A DNA stretch of 64,000 nucleotides from Lytechinus pictus (lineage: Eukaryota), in the NCBI RefSeq assembly GCF_037042905.1, contig NC_087252.1, positions 18,292,001 to 18,356,000 of the forward strand, read 5' to 3'. A model generated the notes under the pieces. That model was not told where the DNA came from, ran no database searches, and worked only from the letters and a program-made list of their open reading frames with translations. The first letter of the stretch is position 1. Each line of letters opens with the position of its first letter. This document shows positions 57,801-64,000 of this stretch, one piece after another. The position numbers and the translations under genes were made by a program.

Positions 57801-60287
57801 TAAATACACCAATACTTTTTTGTATGATTTGTTACTTATTTTTAAATTTCTGATCATGGTGTATGTATTATACACAGCGCGTGACACTAGCGCCGGTCCG
57901 ACAGTCCCAAACCGGTAAAAATCACTTTAGGGCCAGTATTCTTGTTGCATGAAAAGAACAAGTGAATTCTTGCCTACAAGCACATGTTTAACAGGGTGAA
58001 TTATCAAGTTTTCAAGTAGAGTAATATCACCTTTTTTTCACCGATCTCATTACAACAGAATGGCAATTGTTATGTTTAGACAAATTTATAAAAATACTCT
58101 TTTTTGTCAAAAAATACTTTTTTGGGGTTGTAGAAGGTTGGCAGGTCTGCCATAAGCATCTCTGGACGGAGTGTGGGCTCAATAAGATATCACTATAATC
58201 ATTATTGTAATTACCCCTGCTTTCGCTCAAGTTGTCGTTTCCAGCACTGTGCATTCAAAAAATTTTAAAACGTTTTCTTACAATTGAACTTACCCTGATT
58301 AGAAATGACCTGAACACTAAACTGGACCACTCCCTCGGCTGAGATACCTTGCTCCAACAAACTCTTATCCTCAATCAGCTATACAGAAGAGATATAAAAA
58401 CAAAATTAAAAATTGAAAAACAGTCATGTAGATGCAAATACATTTTTTTCTGTCTTATTTCAACTTTAAAATAATATTTTAACAAATTTACTTGTAGACC
58501 AGGTGGGTGTTTCATAAAGCTGTTCGACTGGAACATGTCATTAGGTCATAACTCAATTACATAGGGATATCACATAGTACATGAAAGGATAACCAGTCGT
58601 GCGCAAAGTCATTCGTATCTTACGAACAGCTTTATGAAACACCCACCAGGATCTGTTGTAAAAGGAACAAACCCAGTTGTATTTAGAGAGGCCGCACTGC
58701 CATTCATCTCTTATGCTGTAAACCAAGAGGCATTTTTTACCTGCTTGCAGGGTGCACACTCACTTTTAATGTATATAAGTGGAATTTCAAATTACTTCAC
58801 CATGGCACCTCGCACTGATACACAGAATAATTTCATACCGGATAGCTTTGAAGCTGCTGAAAGGGATTATTCTTCAAGGTTCAAGGTGGATGGGTCAAAT
58901 ACTATGGCCCGTATTCTGAAGTCAGGTTTAACTTAGACCACAGTCTGACTCATTGCTAAAATTATGGGAAGCCATAAATCCAAAATTTCTGTTTATATTG
59001 TATATTTCTTATGTTTACTATTTTGTTTCATTTTGCTTTCATAACGAAGAAAAATACTTCAGTTACCATTCCCAGACAATTATGAACAATTTGGGTGTCA
59101 AATGAGTTAATAAATTGAATGTGCATTGTAAGGGATTTGTGCTCCAATTGGCTCTCTATAGTTAAACCACAACTTTAAACCAGGGTTTAATTTAAACCAG
59201 ACTTTAGAATACGGGCCTATATGTCATGTGTTGTATAACTAACATGACGATAATGATTATTGTTAACATTATTACCATAATTATCATCATTTCTCATGCC
59301 AGCCATTCCTGGGGAAAATATCAGTCTATTAATTATGCAATGAATCAGGCCTGTTACTACGTCAATGCATAAATTATCTCCTCTTGTACATAGTTAAAGC
59401 CACAAGAAAGAGATTTCCATAAAACCATTACCCACAACAAAATGATTAAGATAATTTATGCCCTGACATATCAACAGAACTGACGCACCACATATAAATT
59501 GAAAGTTTTTTTTTTTTTTGGATCCCCGTAATTATAATGCTCTGAAACCAAACTGGTCTATACTTACAGTAGCTGTGTTTTGAAGGTATATTTCATGTTC
59601 ATCTAGTTTACACTGTAGTCTCTGTCCCAGCATTTTCTTTAGATTGGATAACGGGAGGGCAATGTCCATCATCTGGGTTATCACATTCTGAGAGGATATG
59701 CTGCATTAAAATAAACAAAAGAACACTTTAAAAAACAGTAAAAGCAACTTAACATGATGAATTATTATTAATAAATATATCACTGTCCATATAATCATCA
59801 ACAAATTTTTTACATGTTTTGAAACAAGAAACAAATTCTTACAAAAGTATTGCCCATATAATTGAAAATGTCATAACTTTGTCATTACAATGATCATCAT
59901 CGTCATTGTCATCACTAACGGTATTCACCACTATCATTATCATTATTAATATCATATTATCATCATTATATACTCTTGTTATTATCAATATTAGCATCAG
60001 ATTCAACTCATTACAACATCGATACAAGACAAATAGAAAGAAGAAGGAAAGAGGGAAGAAAATATTGAGACCAGAGGGGAGGAAAAATAGGATTTATGAA
60101 GTTGATCAGGACTATTAAAAGAAAATGGAAACAAAAATGTGCATCATGCTCTTTATTCCAATATTAATATAAATAATACCCATTTTGGGGCATGAAATGC
60201 TTACTTGATAACATCCACCTTTGCCTTCTTGTTCTTGTTTTTCCCAGAGTCCGATTCACTCTCCATTTCCTCTTCAGCTCTCTTCAT
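49621..60287 (-). CDS. GABPA: GA-binding protein alpha (ETS factor with N-terminal OST/ubiquitin-like, PNT and ETS domains); complement join(60205..60287,59568..59700,58294..58378,57136..57213,56234..56374,54714..54917,52802..52846,52179..52298,51106..51298,49621..49819), 426 aa
   Basis: All introns are GT-AG and in phase; 1281 nt. Motifs [133 protein letters not shown] and [11 protein letters not shown] match recalled GABPA sequence. Confidence 0.95.
51106..51298 (-). CDS. GABPA: GABPA coding exon 9 (ETS domain, first part)
   Basis: [29 protein letters not shown]...[11 protein letters not shown]. Confidence 0.96.
51395..51470 (+). mobile_element. tRNA-like SINE head fragment
   Basis: TGGCTCAGTGG A box and GGTTCGCATCCC B-box-like motif; no intact cloverleaf. 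Confidence 0.55.
51745..52060. repeat. (GATA/GACA)n microsatellite
   Basis: Direct reading. Confidence 0.96.
52179..52298 (-). CDS. GABPA: GABPA coding exon 8
   Basis: ...[25 protein letters not shown]|gtagg. Confidence 0.88.
52802..52846 (-). CDS. GABPA: GABPA coding exon 7 (45-nt symmetric phase-1 mini-exon)
   Basis: ttttattattcag|CT...GAAG|gtacg; [14 protein letters not shown]; frame-preserving but no homology support. Confidence 0.6.
52972..53270. repeat. 149-bp near-perfect tandem duplication; a second ~150-bp duplication follows at ~53325-53580
   Basis: attttacagatgagcattcttac at 52972 and 53121. Confidence 0.9.
54714..54917 (-). CDS. GABPA: GABPA coding exon 6 (PNT/SAM domain)
   Basis: [21 protein letters not shown]...[12 protein letters not shown]...[10 protein letters not shown]. 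Confidence 0.93.
56234..56374 (-). CDS. GABPA: GABPA coding exon 5
   Basis: PVESMDDD...[24 protein letters not shown]. Confidence 0.88.
57136..57213 (-). CDS. GABPA: GABPA coding exon 4
   Basis: [26 protein letters not shown]. Confidence 0.87.
58294..58378 (-). CDS. GABPA: GABPA coding exon 3
   Basis: [28 protein letters not shown]. Confidence 0.9.
59568..59700 (-). CDS. GABPA: GABPA coding exon 2
   Basis: [36 protein letters not shown]. Confidence 0.9.
60205..60287 (-). CDS. GABPA: GABPA first coding exon
   Basis: [29 protein letters not shown]|gtaag; acceptor after a T tract at ~60353. Confidence 0.75.
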
Positions 60288-61849
60288 CTTGGCGAAAACA
60301 CTGACATACACTGATCTTAATCTGTCAGAGACACATGGATCTACATGTACGCCTATATTGTAAAAAAAAAATGTAAAGAATTGATAGATGTGAGATCAAC
60401 TTAAAAAAAAAAAAAATAGTCTACCTTGTTAGATAAACAAGAAATGGTTAGAAATCAGCATTCCATTGATTTAAATTGAGAAAAGTCATCCTTCGGCAAA
60501 AAAAAAATGGAAAGGATTCCCTTCAAACTGCCATCACCTACCCCTTCATTTACTGCTCCACTAATGTTAAGAGGATTCTCTCTCTCTCATATGACATCAA
60601 CCCATTTCTCTACAACATTGTGGGTATCAATGTGAAAAACTGCATAACATATGAGACAAAATATGGACTATTTTAGCTAGAAATTCTGCAATTATTTATG
60701 AACAAATTCCATTTTCAACATCTGCTCTGCGTGGCCCTGTCCCTGGCCTTTGGAGTTTGCAATGTGTTTTGTTTTGGGGCCACCTCCTTGAGCTCAAGGG
60801 CAGAATTGAAGCTCTGTCTTTGTCTGTGGCTGGCATGTCTGGGCCGGGATCTTCCTTCAATTCAGAAAATCAAAACATATTAATATTAATATTATTTTAA
60901 ATTCCATTTGGCATACAACTACATGTATTATTAGAGTAAAGTGCCCAAATATCGGACACTTAAGTGTCACTTAAGCATAATTGGACCAAAACAAAAATAC
61001 AATCATTGAATCAAATAAAAATCATGTGTATTTCCGTAGTACAAGTGTTGAATATTAATGTCATAAAAAAAATAGAATTGAAAAAATATGGTAAATGGAA
61101 ATTATTTCACCAGAAGCTTGTTTTTTGCCAAATATCGGGCACGTAGAGTTGTGCTGCGATCAATTTTGGCGATTTAAATCGCGTTTGAAACCCCAAAATA
61201 ATTGTTTGCTTATTGAGAAAATAACTTATTTCAGCTGTGCAAATGCCGATTTTAATCATTACTATCAATGATTTTGATATAGAAATAGGTAGACTCTAAA
61301 TGATATCTATTTACCGGTACTTAACAAACGGACCTCTTTCGGCTCTAAACATTGAACATCTTTACTCAGCCGCACGCGACTTCGTTCTGAAAACGAGCAC
61401 GCACGCGTCAACAGCACGCATTTCCAATTCAATCGGCTGATATGTCCAATGTTTGGGAGAGTGCCATATTTGGAAGGGTGTGGGGAACCCCCACAGCGGC
61501 CAAATGCAGATTTTCTTGTGATAGATCGAACATCCCCCTTCCGATATTTTTCTTGGTCATCGATCTTTTGGAGTCCATGCAGAGGGACATCAGACATAAG
61601 ATTCTTTGGAAGTCAAAATTATCCCGATTTAACCCCTGGAATATTCTTTTGGAGCAGCAACTGGAACCTGGAACTACTGTGTGTGCAGTTCAATAGCAGG
61701 TATGTTCATGTACCACGGTATCTCTTGCATACAAGGTTCCCACCAGTGCAGGTCCCTGTAAAGTTAGACTGTGGCCTGTTGGGAGGTACATGTAGTTGAA
61801 GTCATTTCGTCCAATATTTGGAACCGTCCAATGTTTGGGGGTTTTCCTT

Positions 61850-62840
61850 TGTTTCATTTATTCTTAATCTTTCTTCCTTTTTTATTTTCCCTTTTCCCTT
61901 TTTTTCCTTTCATTTTTTTTTTACTAAGTCTTTATTTCTGCTTGTTTATTTCCCCTTTTTCTCTCTTTTTCTTTTCTTTCTTTTTCCCTTTTTCTTTCTA
62001 CCTTCACTTTATTTTTTTGTAATCTTATTATTTCTTCCTTATTTTTCTTTCATTCATTCTTTTGTCTTTATATTTGTTTTTTCCCTTTTTCTTTCTTTCT
62101 TCCTTCCCTTAATTTTAAAATCCCCCCCTTTATTTTTCTATTTTTTATTCTTTGGTTCTTTTTTTTTGTTCATTCGCTCTCATTTTTTTAAATTTCTGCT
62201 TTCCGACACTTTAGTGTTTTATTTACTTTCTTTATTTCTTCTTTTTCTTTCTTTCGCTCATTTTTTTCTCCTTCGTTCTTTATATACTCTTTCTTTTTTC
62301 TGTCTTTCTTCTATTAATTTATAAAAATCTTTTTCTTTATTCTTTCCATTAATGCTTTTCGTTTTTTGTTTTTTTTCATTCATTCTTAATTTTTACTGCT
62401 TTTTTATTTTCCCTCTTTGTTTTTTCTCTCTTTATTCTTTGTTTCATTTTCCTTGTTCTCTCTTCCTTCACTTTTTACATTTTTTTTCCTTCCTTTTCTC
62501 TTTCTTACCTTCTTTCATTTGTTTTTTTTTCTAACTTTTTTTCGGTTCTTTATTCCTTCATTTTATCCTCTTTTTTTTCTGTTTTCCTAAGTTTCTTTAT
62601 TTTTACTTCAGTTTTATTCTTCTTCACTTTATCATTGACATTTCTATTTCTTTCTTTTATTCATTCTTTTTTTTTTCTTTTAAGTTCTTTTTTGTTTTGC
62701 TTGCTTAGTTTAATTCTTTCATACTCTTTCTTTCTTTCATTATTTTCTGATCTGATCCTTTCATTATTTTTATTTCTGCTTCATTCTTACCCTTTTCTGT
62801 CTTCTTACTTAGATCTTTCTTCCTGTTTTATTATTTATTT
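61850..62840. repeat. ~1-kb pyrimidine-rich low-complexity tract
   Basis: Direct reading; source of the Phe/Leu/Ser-rich spurious ORFs. Confidence 0.9.
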
Positions 62841-62939
62841 GTAGTAGAACCGGTACTAGACCAAAAGCTTCGGTCTCTGTTATGTTGGTTGTTCAGCTGA
62901 ACTCCGTTGGCTTCACTCACCAAATACAGAGACCGAAGT

Positions 62940-63420
62940 TCTAGCACGATCTGTACAGGGGACTCAATGGCCATATGTTTATGTGTATTAAGTTCGGACA
63001 AAACAGGGCAGTGAAGTTGCGCGTCAGCCGAGGTGAGTCACTGTTTTTGTTCCTTTTAACTTGATTTTCCCCGTTTTTTGGCAATTAATGCAAAGAGGGA
63101 ATATCAATTTGCATTTCTGTCGCGTTAATTTTCAAAAAATTGATTCATTAAAGACAAAAATTGAAGAGCCCCGACGGGGGGATTTTGCATTGTAAGTAAC
63201 CCTGTAACCGATTCTCGGATCGGCGGCCGATCTCGATCTAATCACTGCTGATCGGTTGTTTTATGCCGATCGCCGATCATAGCAAATGTATCGTCATGAT
63301 CGGTTGCGAAATTCACCGCGCCGGGCCAAAGTTGGCTGCGCTAGTCGGCCATTGTTGCTGTGCGCTAGCTGTGCTAGCTCTTGGTCGACTGCTGCAACGC
63401 AAGCCGATATGACTGCAACA
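62940..63420. promoter_or_regulatory. CpG-enriched region upstream of GABPA, candidate (bidirectional) promoter
   Basis: Local CpG/GC enrichment against an AT-rich background; outward-facing GTGAGT donors at 62920 (-) and 63033 (+). Confidence 0.4.
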
Positions 63421-64000
63421 GAGAAATGGTTGTTTTGATGTCCTTAGATGTCCTTAACTGAGGTCATCAATTGCTCCGGGGTTACCACAAATAGAGATTT
63501 AAAAAAATACCTGTTGCCATGCAGAAAACCGCGGATTAATTGGAGTCGCGTGCCCCAAATCATTCCACATTCTTCTAAACAAAAAAAAGATTTACAGTTC
63601 ACTTTTTTTCTGCCCAGCTAGCGCCAGTTGGCTGGCTACGCTCGTAAATTACTTCCACCACCGTGCACAAGAATGTTATCGCGACCTCCAAAGTCTGAGC
63701 CCATCATGTTCTCTGTTTTGTTTCACGTTCTCAAAATTTGTTATTTCACTTTCTGTAATATGATTTCAAAAAATAAAAGGAAACTTGGATGTGTTTTGAA
63801 AGCATGTTTATGTTTTAAATCAGTCTAAGAATATGAAAAGCATGTTTACATTTTCGTCTTTCCATTGTTGTGCATGCCATGGGTGTGATACTGTGATATG
63901 AATACAGCGCTGAAGGATCGGAGGAAACACAAGACTAAAAAAAAAAAGACCACGTGTACGCATGCAACATCACATCGAGGTACTAGGCGGAGCTCCATGC

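Noticed and set aside
61307..61799. Overlapping 84-116 aa ORFs upstream of GABPA
   Set aside because: No recognisable domain; flanked by repeated CCAAATATCGG / TCCAATGTTTGG motifs that suggest a decayed DNA transposon.

Overview
AT-rich, intron-rich animal genomic DNA. The repeat content and gene structure suggest a marine invertebrate deuterostome, probably a sea urchin; this is an inference. Three spliced genes can be rebuilt by hand with GT-AG boundaries and consistent codon phase. They are EI24 (+, 7 coding exons, 17746-24916, 319 aa), COG8 (+, 13 coding exons, 29041-42545, 614 aa) and a convergent GABPA-type ETS factor (-, 10 coding exons, 60287-49621, 426 aa). The rest is satellites, tRNA-derived SINEs, non-autonomous DNA transposons (MITEs) and microsatellites; no transposase or RT ORF was seen. 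Main leads: (1) exon 3' ends are tandemly amplified at five places in all three genes, including 13 consecutive copies of a COG8 exon end with its splice donor; (2) two ungapped ~72%-identical 83-nt hairpins lie in different GABPA introns; (3) one ~70-bp element carrying a GTGAGT donor lies sense-oriented upstream of both EI24 and GABPA; (4) 7-codon uORFs end in an ATGA overlap with the start codon of both genes. All homology calls come from recalled protein sequences, not from database searches.
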